Assembly (NCBI GenBank): GCA_964016885.1
Contig: OZ024742.1
Coordinates: 352,718,001-352,782,000 of the forward strand
DNA length: 64,000 bases
DNA from: Eledone cirrhosa
Lineage: Eukaryota
Direction: 5' to 3'
In this document: piece by piece, positions 24,450 to 39,600 of the stretch
Position numbering within the stretch: the first letter of the stretch is position 1
How the letters are laid out: every line of letters starts with the position of its first letter
Translations under genes and position numbers: made by a program
Notes under the pieces: generated by a model
The model's input: only the letters and a program-made list of their open reading frames with translations
What the model was told of the DNA's origin: nothing
Database searches by the model: none

Positions 24450-27400
24450 ACGGCTCAGGCGGATCCGGAAGATGCAACTCAGGATCCCAAGGGCGGCACG
24501 GTTTTCGGTATCCGATGCCCTCGCTTCCTCGATTGAGAGCGCCCTGGACTCCAATCAAAGCTGTGACTGGGAGCGGCTGTTCTACGTGGAGGTGCAGGAG
24601 CTTCCTCTTCCCCACTTCTTCCCAGCCACGGCCGTCTGGCACACCACCAGATGGGATAGCGAGCTTGCCTGACGCCCGAGCCTCGCTGGTCAACATCGCT
24701 CTGCTCAGGCGGCTCCGTAAGAACCCACTCAGGATACCGAGAGCGGCACGTGTGCCGGTAGCCGATGCCCTCGCTTCCACGATTGAGAGCGCCCTGGACT
24801 CCAATCGAGCCAGTGACTGAGAGTGGCTGTTCTATTTCTCCCCACTCGCCCTCGGCACCCCAGCTCTGGCGCTGATCGGGGCGGCCGGTCAACAGCAGCC
24901 CTCGTCAAGGCCAATGTCTCGTCCTTTGGGCAAGCGAAATTCTAAGCGTGCCCACGGACGCCGCACCCCCCCCCCCCCTCAGGTACCCCCTATCCTCCAC
25001 CTCCGAGGCCAGCGCCAAGCGTTTGCGTGACCAGGTAAACGCCAAGCTTAACATGGGTGATGTCTCGGCCGCAGTCAGAATTGTTGCCTCAGAGGACACT
25101 GTACTCCATCCCACTGAGGAGGTCCTGGCTGCTCTGCGACTCAAATACGCTGAACCACCTACTGATCTCAGATCCATCCCCCACCCGCCCCCACTTGCTC
25201 CTTGTGGCTTCTGATGCAGACATCATATCCGCCATCTGGTCCTTCCCAGCTAGCAGCTGCGGAGGTGTTGATGGTCTCCGACCAGGCCACCTCGAGGAGT
25301 TTATATCCCCCCTCTCCGCTGAGGCCTGGCGCCGTCTTCTTAGTGCAATTATAGGGCTCACCAATAGGCTCATCCATTGTGCCCTGGACCCTTACGCCCG
25401 AGGCCTTTTTTTTTCGGCCAGCCTCACCGCTCTCGGGAAGACAGAGAATGTCATACGACCATTGCTGTGGGCAATGTCTTCCGGAGTCTGGCTGCCAAGG
25501 TGATCTGCAAGTCCGCAACACACGAACTGAGTGAGGAGTTTAGTCCAGTGCAACTGGGTTTCGGTGTGTTCGGTGGCTGTGATAGGGCCGCTCATGCAAC
25601 CAGGCTGTTCCTCAGCATCCAGGGACTCCAGGTACCTTATTGTCAAGCTTGACATGAGGAATGCCTTCAACTCTTTACGCTGAGATCATCTGCTCGAGGC
25701 CTGCCTCAGCCCCCTGTGCCTACCCGCTGGCCCACATGTCCTATGGAGCCCCGAGCATGCTCCTTGCTGCTGATACGGTCATATCCTCGGCTACTGTGGT
25801 CCAGCAGGGCGACCCTTTGGGACCACTGATGTTCGCCCTTGATATCGACCACATGGCCCGGAGTATCACGGACCCTCTCAGCCTTTGGTATCTGGATGAT
25901 GCTACGTTGAGCGGGCCCGTACGGACGGTCTGCCATAAATTTCTATCGGTGGTTCCTGCCCTGGATGGAATCGGCCTCCAGGTCAATTCTGCCAAGTTGG
26001 AGATGGTGAATATCAGCCTCGATGCTGCGAGCTTTTCAGCCTCCGTCTTGCACGTGCGGTCCATTCTCTGGCAGGTGCAGGTAAACCCCAAATAGGATGT
26101 CCTCATCCTCGGTTCACCGATCCACCCACCGGCCATCCGCCACACCATCATGTCCAGGCTTCAACAGCTCCAGACTCTCACGAGCCGACTGGGCTCTATT
26201 GACGGCCACCCAGATCTCTTTCTGCTGAGGAACTGCTTCGCCATCCTGAATCTCCTCCATACACTCCGCAGAGCTCCCTGCAACACCCAGACATTTTCTT
26301 CGCTGGCCTCGATACTTATATCCGAGCAGCAGCTTAGAAGATATGCAATGTCAAGTTTGACGACCTCGAGTAGCAACAGGCCACTTTACCTGTCAGGTAT
26401 GGCGGCCTTGGCCTCCGGGCCCCGATCTCACTAGCTTTGACGGCGTATCTTTCGTTGGTAACCTCGTGCCGCGTCTTCGTCAGCAGGGTTCTTCAAAACA
26501 CAACAGAACCCTCTGTGTTCAGAGAACGCGTGGCCGCCTGTGAGACGTGGTACCGGCTGTGACTTAGCCCAGTAGACGTAACTCAACCTTCTCCACCTGT
26601 TGACTTCAAGTACCCCCAACACACTGAGGATGCCATCCAGTGCAGCCTGGGCTCAGACAGGCTCACGCGCCAGCTCGACCAGCTCCACCTTACTTGTTTT
26701 CGTGCGGCCTCCAAATTCCACAGTGGTGCCTGGCTCCATGCGCTGCCCTATTTCTCCACTGGCACGCAGCTAGATAACCATAGCCTGAGCATTGGCGTTT
26801 CCCGGAGGCTCGGACTCCGGATCTGCTAGCCACACCTATGTCGCTGCGGTTCCACTGTGGATTCTTTCGGCCTCCAGCCGCTTTCCTGTCGCCACAGTGC
26901 CGGCTGCATACCGCACCATGCTGCTCTAAACGAGGTCCTTCAGCGTGGCTTGGACGCTGCAGACTTCCCTTCTCAGCTTGGGCCGTTGGGGCTGGATCGA
27001 GAGGACGGCAAAAGGTCAGATGGCATGACCATCTTCCCGTTGCGCGGTGGCAAACCCTTCGTCTGGGATGCCACTTGCACCGACACTTTTTGCAGCCGCA
27101 ACCTGGTGCAGTCTGAGACTAACTAAGGTTCTGTTCCACGTCAGGCTAAAGGGGTCAAACTCCTCAAATACCGGTCTCTCTCCAACAGGTTTGCGGTCCT
27201 ACACCTGTCAGTGGAGACTTCTGGTGTCCTCGGCATCAGGGCTACCTCCTTACTCACCACAATAGGCGCTGAGCTGGCCAGGCGCAGGTGTGAGCCCCGC
27301 GAATTGGAGTGGCTTTTCCAGCGCGTCTCCCTAGCCGTCCTCCGGAGAAACGCCTTCTCCATTCTCTCTACCAGGACTGTGGGTGAACCACATTGCAAAA

Positions 27401-27630
27401 CGTTGTAGTTGTTGTAGAAGAAACGGGTTCCACTTGTATATTATTTATTGTCTTTTCTTTATCAGACCCTCTACACGTATTCTCTACATCACAAATCTGG
27501 TTTCTCATGTTAGCAGCAACGAATTCAAATAAGAACACTTACTAAAAAACTAATGATATCTACTTGCAATTATTTATTTATTTATATTTTCCATTTCCTA
27601 ATGTTCTGATTATTTTTTAATGTTACAATC
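24450..27630 (+). mobile_element. Decayed CRE-clade non-LTR retrotransposon (RT + CCHC + restriction-like endonuclease)
   Basis: Motifs GGVDGLRPGHL, IRP/IAVGNVFRSLAAK, PVQLGFGVFGGC, KLDMRNAFNSL, VQQGDPLGPLMF, WYLDD (25886-25900), CRCG..DSFG..LSC..HAALN, DGKRSDG..WDATCTDTF and ETSGVLG..QRVSLAV.RRNA, with many stops and frameshifts. An AT-rich 3' UTR follows 27410. Confidence 0.85.
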
Positions 27631-27634
27631 TTAT

Positions 27635-30600
27635 ATCTTGTCAGGAATAAGTTGGAAGAAATTGACCATTGGGACAAAATTTAAATGTTGCCATACACGT
27701 CCTGTCCTAATTAGTTGGAATAATTAACAATTGGGACAAAATTTAAATGTTGCCATATACATCGAGTCCTGAGTTAGTTGGAAGAAATTGACCATTGGGA
27801 CAATATTTAAATGTTGCTATAAACATCGTGTCCTAATTAGTTGGAAGAACTTGACCATTGGGACAAAATTCCAATGTTGCCATACACATCGTGTCCTGAA
27901 TTAGTTGGAAAATATTGACTATTGGGACAAAATGGAAATGTTGCCATACACATCGTGTCCTGAATTAATTGGAAGAAATTGACATTTGCGACACAATTTA
28001 AATGTGACTCTCCAAGTCGTGGCCTAATTAGTTGGAATAAATTGACCATTGGGACACAATTTAAATGTTGCCTTACACATCGTGCCATGAATTAGTTTGA
28101 AGAAATTGACCATTGGGACAAAATTGCAATGTTGCCATACACATCGTGTCCTGAATTAGTTGGAAATAATTGACCATTGGCACAAAATCTAAATGTTGCC
28201 ATGCGCATCGTGTCTTGAATTAGTTGGAACATATTGACCATTGGGACAAAATTTAAATGTTGCCATACACATCGAGTCCTGAATTAGTTGGAAGAAATTG
28301 ACCATTGTGACAAAATTTAAATGTTGCCATACACATCGTGTCCTGAATTTGTTGGAAGACATATATCATTGGGACAAAGTTTCAATGTTACCATAAACAT
28401 CGTGTCCTGAATTAGATGGAAGAAATTGACCAATGGGACAAAATTTAAATGTTGCCAAACACATCGTGTCCTGAATTAGTTGGAAGAAATTGACCATCGG
28501 GACACAATTTCAATGTTGCCATACACATCGTGTACTAATTAGTTGGAAGAAATTGAGCATTGGGACAACATTTAAATGTGTCCATACATATCGTGTCCTG
28601 AAATAGTTGGAAGAAATTGACCATTGGGACAAATATTAATTGGTGCAAAACACATCGTGTCCTAAATTAGTTGGAAGAAATTAACCATTGGGACAAAATT
28701 TAAATGTTGCCATACAAATCGTGTCGTGAATTAGTTGGAAGAAATTGACCATTGGGACAAAATCTAAATTTTGCCATACACATCGTGTCCTGAATTAGTT
28801 GGAAGAATTTGACCATTGGGACAACCTTTATATGTTGCGTTACACATCGTGTCCTGAATTACTTGGAAGAAATTGACCATTGGGACAACATTTAAATGTT
28901 GCCATACACATCGTGTCGTGAACTAGTTGGAAGAAATTGACAATTGGGACAAAATGTCAATGTTGCCATACATATCGTGTCTTGAATTAGTTGGAACATA
29001 TTGACCTTTGGGACAAAATTTAGATGTTGCCATAAACATCGTGTCCTGAATAAGTTGCAATAAGTAACCATTGGGGCAACATTTAAATGCTGGCATATAC
29101 ATGGAGTCCTGAATTAGTTGGAAGAAATTGACTATTGGGACAACATTTTAACGTTGCCATACACATCGTGTCCTGAATTAGTTGGAAGAAATTGACCATT
29201 GGTACAAAATTTAAATCTGGATATACACATCGTGTCCTGAATTAGTTGGAAGAAATTGACCATTGGGACAACATTTGAATCTGGATATACACATCGTGTC
29301 GTGAATCAGTTGGTAGAAAGTGATCATTGGGACAACATTTAAATGTGTCCATACACATCGTGTCCTGAAGTAGTTGGAAGAAATTGACCATTTGGACAAA
29401 GTTTCAATGTTGCCATACATATCGTGTCTTGAATTAGTTGGAAGAAATTGACAAATGGGACAAAATTTAAATGTTGCCAAATACATCGTGTCCTGAATTA
29501 GTTGGAAGAAAGTGACCATTGGGATAAAATGTAAATCTGGATATACATATCGTGTCCTGAAATAGTTGGAAGAAATTGACGATTGGGAACAAATTTCAAT
29601 GTTGCCATACACATCTTGTCCTGAATTTGTTGGAAAAAATTTAACATTGGGACAACATTAAAATGTGTCCATACACATCGTGTCCTTAATTAGTTGGAAG
29701 AAATTGACCAATGGGACAAAATTTAAATGTTGCCAAACACATCGTGTCCTGAATTACTTGGAAGAAATTGACCATCGGGACACAATTTCAATGTTGCCAT
29801 ACACATCGTGTACTAATTAGTTGGAAGAAATTGAGCATTGGGACAACATTTAAATGTGTCCATACATATCGTGTCCTGAAATAGTTGGAAGAAATTGACC
29901 ATTGGGACAAATATTAATTGGTGCAAAACACATCATGTCCTAAATTAGTTGGAAGAAATTAACCATTGGGACAAAATTTAAATGTTGCCATACAAATCGT
30001 GTCGTGAATTAGTTGGAAGAAATTGACCATTGGGACAAAATCTAAATTTTGCCATACACATCGTGTCCTGAATTAGTTGGAAGAATTTGACCATTGGGAC
30101 AACCTTTATATGTTGCGTTACACATCGTGTCCTGAATTACTTGGAAGAAATTGACCATTGGGACAACATTTAAATGTTGCCATACACATCGTGTCGTGAA
30201 CTAGTTGGAAGAAATTGACAATTGGGACAAAATGTCAATGTTGCCATACATATCGTGTCTTGAATTAGTTGGAACATATTGACCTTTGGGACAAAATTTA
30301 GATGTTGCCATAAACATCGTGTCCTGAATAAGTTGCAATAAGTAACCATTGGGGCAACATTTAAATGCTGGCATATACATGGAGTCCTGAATTAGTTGGA
30401 AGAAATTGACTATTGGGACAACATTTTAACGTTGCCATACACATCGTGTCCTGAATTAGTTGGAAGAAATTGACCATTGGTACAAAATTTAAATCTGGAT
30501 ATACACATCGTGTCCTGAATTAGTTGGAAGAAATTGACCATTGGGACAACATTTGAATCTGGATATACACATCGTGTCGTGAATCAGTTGGTAGAAAGTG

Positions 30601-33600
30601 ATCATTGGGACAACATTTAAATGTGTCCATACACATCGTGTCCTGAAGTAGTTGGAAGAAATTGACCATTTGGACAAAGTTTCAATGTTGCCATACATAT
30701 CGTGTCTTGAATTAGTTGGAAGAAATTGACAAATGGGACAAAATTTAAATGTTGCCAAATACATCGTGTCCTGAATTAGTTGGAAGAAAGTGACCATTGG
30801 GATAAAATGTAAATCTGGATATACATATCGTGTCCTGAAATAGTTGGAAGAAATTGACGATTGGGAACAAATTTCAATGTTGCCATACACATCTTGTCCT
30901 GAATTTGTTGGAAAAAATTTAACATTGGGACAACATTAAAATGTGTCCATACACATCGTGTCCTTAATTAGTTGGAAGAAATTGACCAATGGGACAAAAT
31001 TTAAATGTTGCCAAACACATCGTGTCCTGAATTACTTGGAAGAAATTGACCATTGGGACACAATTTCAATGTTGCCATACACATCGTGTACTAATTAGTT
31101 GGAAGAAATTGAGCATTGGGACAACATTTAAATGTGTCCATACATATTGTGTCCTGAAATAGTTGGAAGAAATTGACCATTGGGACAAAGTTTAAATGGT
31201 GCCAAACACATCGTGTCCTGAATTAGTTGGAAGAAATTAACCATTGGGACAAAATTTAAATGTTGCTATACAGATCGTGTCGTGAATTAGTTGGAAGAAT
31301 TTGACCATTGGGACAAAATTTAAATGTTGCCATACACATCGTGTCCTGAATTACTTGGAAGACAATGACCATTGGGACAAAATTTAAATGTTGCAATACA
31401 CATTGCCTCCTGAATTAGTTGGAAGAAATTGACCATTGGGACAACATTTCAATGTTGCCATACACATCGTCTCCTGAACTAGTTGGAAGAAATTGACCAT
31501 TGGGACAACATTTAAATGTTGCAATACACATCGTGTCCTGAATTATTTGGAAGATATTGACCATTGGGACAAAATTTAAATGTTGTCATAAACATCGTGT
31601 CCTGAATTAGTTGCAATAAGTAAACATTGGGGCAAAATTTAAATGTTGGCATATACATCCATTCCTGAATTAGTTGGAAGAAATTGACTATTGGGACAAC
31701 ATTTAAAAGTTTGCCATACACATCGTGTCCTGAATTTGTTGAAAGACATTCACCATGGGGACAAATATTCAATGCTGCCATATACATCGTGTCCTGAATT
31801 AGTTGCAAGATATTGACCATTGGGACAAAATCTAAATGTTGCAATACACATCGTGTCCTAATTAGTTGGATGAAATTGACCAATGGGACAACATATAAAT
31901 CTGGATATACACATCTTGTCCTGAATTAGTTGTTAGAAATTGACCATTGGGACAAAATTTAAATCTGGATATACACATCGTGTCCTGAAGTAGTTGGAAG
32001 AAATTGACCATTTGGACAAAGTTTCAATGTTGCCATACACATCGTGTCTTGAATTAGCTGGATGAAATTGACCAATGGGACACATTTTAAATGTTGCCAA
32101 CCACATCGTGTCCTGAATTAGTTGGAAGAAAGTGACCATTGAGACACAATTTCAATGTTGCCATACACATCGTGTACTAATTATTTGTAAGAAATTGACC
32201 ATTGGGACACAATTTAAATGTTGCCATACACATCGTGTCCTGAAGTAGTTGGAAGAAATTGACCATTTGGACAAAGTTTCAATGTTGCCATACACATCGT
32301 GTCTTGAATTAGTTGGAAGAAATTGACCAATGGGACAAATTTTAAATGTTGCCAACCACATCGTGTCCTGAATTAGTTGGAAGAAAGTGACCATTGAGAC
32401 ACAATTTCAATGTTGCCATACACATCGTGTACTAATTATTTGTAAGAAATTGACCATTGGGACACAATTTAAATGTTGTCATACACATCGTGTCCTGAAT
32501 TAGTTGGAAGAAATTGATCATTGGGATAAAATGTAAATCTGGATATACACATCGTGTTCTGAAATAGTTGGAAGAAATTGACGATTGGGAACACATTTCA
32601 ATGTTGTCATACACATCATGTCCTGAATTTGTTGGAAGAAATTGACCAAAGGGAAAAAATTTAAATGTCGCCAAACACATCGTGTCCTGAATTACTTGGA
32701 AGAAATTGACCATTGGGACACAATTTCAATGTTGCCATACACATCGTGTACTAATTAGTTGGAACAAATTGACAATTGGGACAAAGTTTAAATGGAGCAA
32801 AACACATCGTGTCCTGAATTAGTTGGAAGAAATTGACCCTTTGGACAAAATCTGAATGTTGCCATACACATCGTGTCCTGAATTAGTTGGAAGAATTTGA
32901 CCATTGGGACAAAATTTCAATGTTGCAATACACATCGTGTCCTGAATCAGTTGGAAGAAATTGACCATTGGGACAAAATTTGAATGTTGGGTTACACATC
33001 GTGTCCTGAATTACTTGGAAGAAATTGACCATTGGCACAAAATTTAGATGATGCCATACACATCGTGTCCTGAATTAGTTGGAATAAATTGACCATTGGG
33101 ACAAAATTTCAATGTTGCCATACACATCGTGTCGTGAATTAGTTGGAAGAAATTGACCATTGGGACAAAATTTTAATGTTGCGTTACACATCGTGTCGTG
33201 AACTAGTTTAAAGAAATTGACAATTGGGACAAAATCTAAATGTTGCCATACACATCGAGTCCTGAATTATTTGGAAGATATTGACCATTGGGACAACATT
33301 TAAATGTTTCCATAAACATCGTGTCCTGAATTTGTTGGAAGACATTCACCATGGGGACAACATTTCAATGCTGCCATATACATCGTGTCCTCAATTAGTT
33401 GGAAGATATTGACCATTGGGACAAAATCTAAATGTTGCAATACACATCGTGTCCTAATTAGTTGGAAGAAATTGACCATTGGGACGAAATTTAAATCTGG
33501 ATATACACATCGTGTCCTGAATTAGTTGGAAGAAATTGACCATTGGGACACGATTTCAATGTTGCCATACACATCGTGTACTAATTAGTTGGAAGAAATT

Positions 33601-36600
33601 AATCATAGGGACAAAATTTAAATGTTGCCATACACATCGTGTCCTGAATTACTTGGAATAAATTGACCCTTTGGACAAAATCTAAATGTTGCTATACACA
33701 TCGTGTCCTGAATCAGTTGTGAGAATTTGACCATTGGGACAAAATTTAAATGTTGCCATACACATCGTGTCCTGAATTAGTTGTAAGAAATTGACCATTG
33801 GGACAAAATGTCAATGTTGCCATACACATCGTGTCTTGAATTATTTGGAACATATTGACCATTGGGACAAAATCTGAATATTGTCATACACATCGTGTCC
33901 TGAATTATTTGGAAGATATTGACCATTGGCACAAAATTTAAATGTTGCCATAAACATCGTGTCCTGAATTAGTTGCAATAAGTAAACATTGGGGCAAAAC
34001 TTAAAAGTTGCCATATACATCGAGTCCTTAATTAGTTGGAAGAAATTGACTATTGTGACCAAATTTAAACGTTGCCATACACATCGTGTCCTGAATTTGT
34101 TGGAAGACATTCACCATGGGGACAAAATTTAAATGTTGCTATACACATCGTGTCCTGAATTTGTTGGAAGACATTCACCATGGGGACAAAATTTAAATGT
34201 TGCTATACACATCGTGTCCTGAATTTGTTGGAAGACATTCACCATGGGGACAAAATTTAAATGTTGCCATACACATCGTGTCCTGAATTTGTTGGAAGAC
34301 ATTCACCATGGGGACAAAATTTAAATGTTGCTATACACATCGTGTCCTGAATAAGTTGGAAGGAGTTGACGATTGGGACAAAATCTAATGTTGCAATACA
34401 CATTGTGTCGTAATTAGTTGGAAGAAATAGACCATTGGGACAAAATTTAAAGCTGGATATACACATCGTGTCCTGAATTAGTTGGAAGAAATTGACCATT
34501 GGGACAACATTTAAATGTGTCCATACAAATCGTATCCTGAAGTAGTTGGAAGAAATTGACCATTGGGACACAATTTCAATGTTGCCACACACGTCGTGTA
34601 CTAATTAGTTGGAAGAAATTGACCATTGGGACACAATTTAAATGTTGCCATACACATCGTGTCATGAATTAGTTGGAAGAAATTGACCATTGGGATAAAA
34701 TGTAAATCTGGATATACACATCGTGTCCTGAAATAGTTGGAAGAAATTGACGATTGGGAACAAATTTCAATGTTGCCATACACATCATGTCCTGAATTTG
34801 TTGGAAGAAATTGACCAAAGGGAAAAAATTTAAATTTTGCCATACAAATCGTGTCCTGAATTAGTCAGAAGAAATTGACCCTTTGGACAAAATCTATATG
34901 TTGCCATACAGATCGTGTCCTGAATTAGTTGGAAGAAATTGACCATTGGGACAACATTTAAATGTTGCTATACACATCGTGTCCTGAATAAGTTGGAAGG
35001 AATTGACCATTAGGACAAAATTTAAATGTTGCGTTACACATCGTGTCCTGAATTACTTGGAAGAAATTGACCCTTTGGACAAAATCTCAATGTTGCCATA
35101 CACATCGTGTCCTGAATTATTTGGAATAAATTGACCATTGGGTCAAAATTTCATTGTTGACATACACATCGTGTCCTGAATTAGTTGGAAGAAATTGACC
35201 ATTGGGACAAAATTTAAATGTTGCGTTACACATCGTGTCCTGAATTACTTGGAAGAAATTGACCATTGGGACAACATTTATATGTTGCAATACACATCGT
35301 GTCCCGAATTAGTTTGAAGAAATTGACAATTGGGACAAAATGTCAATGTTGCCATACACATCGTGTCTTGAATTAGTTGGAAGATATTAACAATTAGGAC
35401 AAAATTTAAACGTTGCCATACACATCGTGTCCTAAATTTGTTGGAAGACATTCACCATGGGGACAAAATTTCAATGCTGCCATATACCTCGTGTCCTAAA
35501 TTAGTTGGAAGTTATTGACCATTGAGGCAAAATCTAAATGTTGCCATACACATCGTGTCCTAATTAGTTGGACGAAATTGACCATTGGGACACAATTTAA
35601 ATCTGGATTTACACATCGTGTCCTGAATTAGTTGGAAGAAATTGACCATTGGGACAAAATTTAAATCTGGATATACACATCGTGTCCTGAATTAGTTGGA
35701 AGAAATTGACCATTGGGACATAATTTAAATCTGGATATACACATCGTGTCCTGGAGTAGTTGGAAGAAATTGACCATTTAGACAAAATTTCGATGTTGCC
35801 ATACACATCGTGCCCTTAATTAGTTGGAAGTAATTGACCATTGGGACACAATTTAAATGTGATTCTCCACATCGTGTCCTAATTAGTTAGAATAAATTGA
35901 CCATTGGGACACAATTTATATGTTGCCTTACACATCGTGTCCTGAATTAGTTGGAAGAAATTGACCATCGGGACAAAATTTCAATGTTGCCTTACACATT
36001 GTGTTCTGAATTACTTGGAATAAATTGACACTTTGGACAAAATCTCAATGTTGCCATAAACATCGTGTCCTGAATTATTTGGAATAAATTGACCATTGGG
36101 TCAAAATTTCAATGTTGACATACACAACATGTACTGAATTAGTTGGAAGAAATTGACCATTGGGACAAAATTTAAATGTTGCGCTACACATCGTGTCCTG
36201 AATTACTTGGAAGAAATTGACCATTGGGACAACATTTAAATGTTGCAATACACATCGTGTCCCGAATTAGTTTGAAGAAATTGACAATTGGGACAAAATG
36301 TCAATGTTGCCATACACATCGTGTCTTCAATTAGTTGGAAGATATTAACTATTAGGACAAAATTTAAACGTTGCCATACACATCGTGTCCTAAATTTGTT
36401 GGAAGACATTCACCATGGGGACAAAATTTCAATGCTGCCATATACCTCGTGTCCTAAATTAGTTGGAAGGTATTGACCATTGAGGCAAAATCTAAATGTT
36501 GCCATACACATCGTGTCCCAATTAGTTGGACGAAATTGACCATTGGGACACAATTTAAATCTGGATTTACACATCGTGTCCTGAATTAGTTGGAAGAAAT

Positions 36601-39600
36601 TGACCATTGGGACAAAATTTAAATCTGGATATACACATCGTGTCCTGGAGTAGTTGGAAGAAATTGACCATTTAGACAAAATTTCGATGTTGCCATACAC
36701 ATCGTGTCCTTAATTAGTTGGAAGTAATTGACCATTGGGACACAATTTAAATGTGATTCTCCACATCGTGTCCTAATTAGTTAGAATAAATTGACCATTG
36801 GGACACAATTTACATGTTGCCTTACACATCGTGTCCTGAATTTGTTGGAAGAAATTGAGAATCGGGACAAAATTTCAATGTTGCCTTACACATTGTGTTC
36901 TGAATTACTTGGAATAAATTGACACTTTGGACAAAATCTCAATGTTGCCATAAACATCGTGTCCTGAATTATTTGGAATAAATTGACCATTGGGTCAAAA
37001 TTTCAATGTTGACATACACAACATGTACTGAATTAGTTGGAAGAAATTGACCATTGGGACAAAATCTAAATGTTGCGCTACACATCGTGTCCTGAATTAC
37101 TTGGAAGAAATTGACCATTGGGACAACATTTAAATGTTGCCATACACATCGTGTCCTGAATTAGTTGGAAGATATTCACCATGGGGACAAAATTTCAATG
37201 CTGCCATATACATCTTGTCCTAAATTAGTTGGAAGATATTGACCATCGGGACAAAATCTAAATGTTGCAATACACATCGTGTCCTGAATTAGTTGAAAGA
37301 AATTGACCATTGGGACAAAATCTAAATGCTGCCATACATATCATGTCCTGAATTAGTTGGAAGAAATTGACCATTGGGACAAAATTTAAATCTGGATATA
37401 CACGTCGTGTCCTGAATTATTTGGAAGAAAGTGATCATTGGGACAACATTTAAATGTGTCCATACACATCGTGTCCTGAAGTAGTTGGAAGAAATTGACC
37501 ATTTCGACAAAATTTAAATGTTTACATATCGTCTCCTGAATTAGTTGGAAGTAATTGACCATTGGGACAAAATTTCAATGTTGCCATACACCTCGTGTAT
37601 TGAATTAGTTGGAAGATATTGACTATTAGGACAACATTTAAATGTTGCCATACACATCGTGACCTGAATTAGTTGGAAGATATTGACCAATGGGACAAAA
37701 TTTAAATGTTGCCATATACATCGTGTCCTGAGTTAGTTGGAAGAAATTGACCATCGGGACAAAATTTCAATGTTCCCTTACACATTGTGTTCTGAATTAC
37801 TTGGAATAAATTGACACTTTGGACAAAATCTCAATGTTGCCATAAACATCGTGTCCTGAATTATTTGGAATAAATTGACGATTGGGTCAAAATTTCAATG
37901 TTGACATACACAACATGTACTGAATTAGTTGGAAGAAATTGACCATTGGGACAAAATCTAAATGTTGCGCTACACATCGTGTCCTGAATTACTTGGAAGA
38001 AATTGACCATTGGGACAACATTTAAATGTTGCCATACACATCGTGTCCTGAATTAGTTGGAAGATATTCACCATGGGGACAAAATTTCAATGCTGCCATA
38101 TACATCTTGTCCTAAATTAGTTGGAAGATATTGACCATCGGGACAAAATCTAAATGTTACAATACACATCGTGTCCTGAATTAGTTGAAAGAAATTGACC
38201 ATTGGGACAAAATCTAAATGCTGCCATACATATCATGTCCTGAATTAGTTGGAAGAAATTGACCATTGGGACAAAATTTAAATCTGGATATACATATCGT
38301 GTCCTGAATTATTTGGAAGAAAGTGATCATTGGGACAACATTTAAATGTGTCCATACACATCGTGTCCTGAAGTAGTTGGAAGAAATTGACCATTTCGAC
38401 AAAATTTAAATGTTTACATATTGTCTCCTGAATTAGTTGGAAGTAATTGACCATTGGGACAAAATTTCAATGTTGCCATACACATCGAGTCCTGAATTAG
38501 TTGGAAGAAATTGACGATTGGGACTAAATTTCAATGTTGCCATACACATCGTGTATTGAATTAGTTGGAAGATATTGACTATTAGGACAACATTTAAATG
38601 TTGCCATACACATCGTGACCTGAATTAGTTGGAAGATATTGACCAATGGGACAAAATTTAAATGTTGCCATAAACATCGTGTCCTGAATTAGTTGCAATA
38701 ATTAACCATTAGGACAACATTTAAATGTTGCCATATACATCGAGTCCTGAATTAGTTGGAAGAAATTGACTATTGGGACAAAATTTAAACGTTGCCATAC
38801 ACATCGTGTGCTACTTAGTTGGATGAAATTGACCATTGGGACAAAATTTTAATCTGGATATACACATCGTATCCAGAATTAGTTGGAAGAAATTGACCAT
38901 TGCGACAAAATTCAAATCTGGATAAAACACATCGTGTCCTAAATTAGTTGGAAGAAATTGACCATTTGGACAAAATTTAAATGTTGCCATACACATCATC
39001 TCTTGAATTAGCTGGAAGTAATTGACCAATGTGACAACATTTCAATGTTGCCATACACATCGTGTCCTGAAGTAGTTGTATGAAATTGACCATTTGCACA
39101 AAATCTAAATGCTGCCATAGACATCGAGTCCTGAATTAGTTGGAAGAATTTGACCATTGGGACAAAATTTAAATGTTGCCATACACATCGTGTTCTTAAT
39201 CAGTTGGAAGAAATTGACCATTCTGACAAAATTTCAATGTTGCCATACACATCGTGTATTGAATTAGTTGGAAGATATTGACTATTAGGACAACATTTAA
39301 ACGTTGCCATACACATCGAGTCCTGAATTAATTGGAAGAAATTAACAATTGGGACAAAATTTAAATGTGACTCTCCACATCGTGTCCTAATTAGTTGGAA
39401 TAAATTGACCATTGGGACATAATTTAAATGTTGCCATACACATCGTGTCCTGAATCAGTTGGAAGAAATTGACCATTGGGACAAAATTGCAATGTTGCCA
39501 TACACATCGTGTCCTGAATTAGTTGGAAGTAATTGACAATTGGGACAAAATCTAGATGTTGCCATACGCATCGAGTCCTGAATAAATTGGAAGATATTGA

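Noticed and set aside
28781-28844. Satellite monomer as a hammerhead (TGTC-CTGAATTA...GAAA...GACA), as in newt, cricket or schistosome satellites
   Set aside because: The core is CTGAATT rather than CTGANGA, there is no stem II, and no NUH sits next to stem I. The resemblance is superficial; a cleavage assay would settle it.
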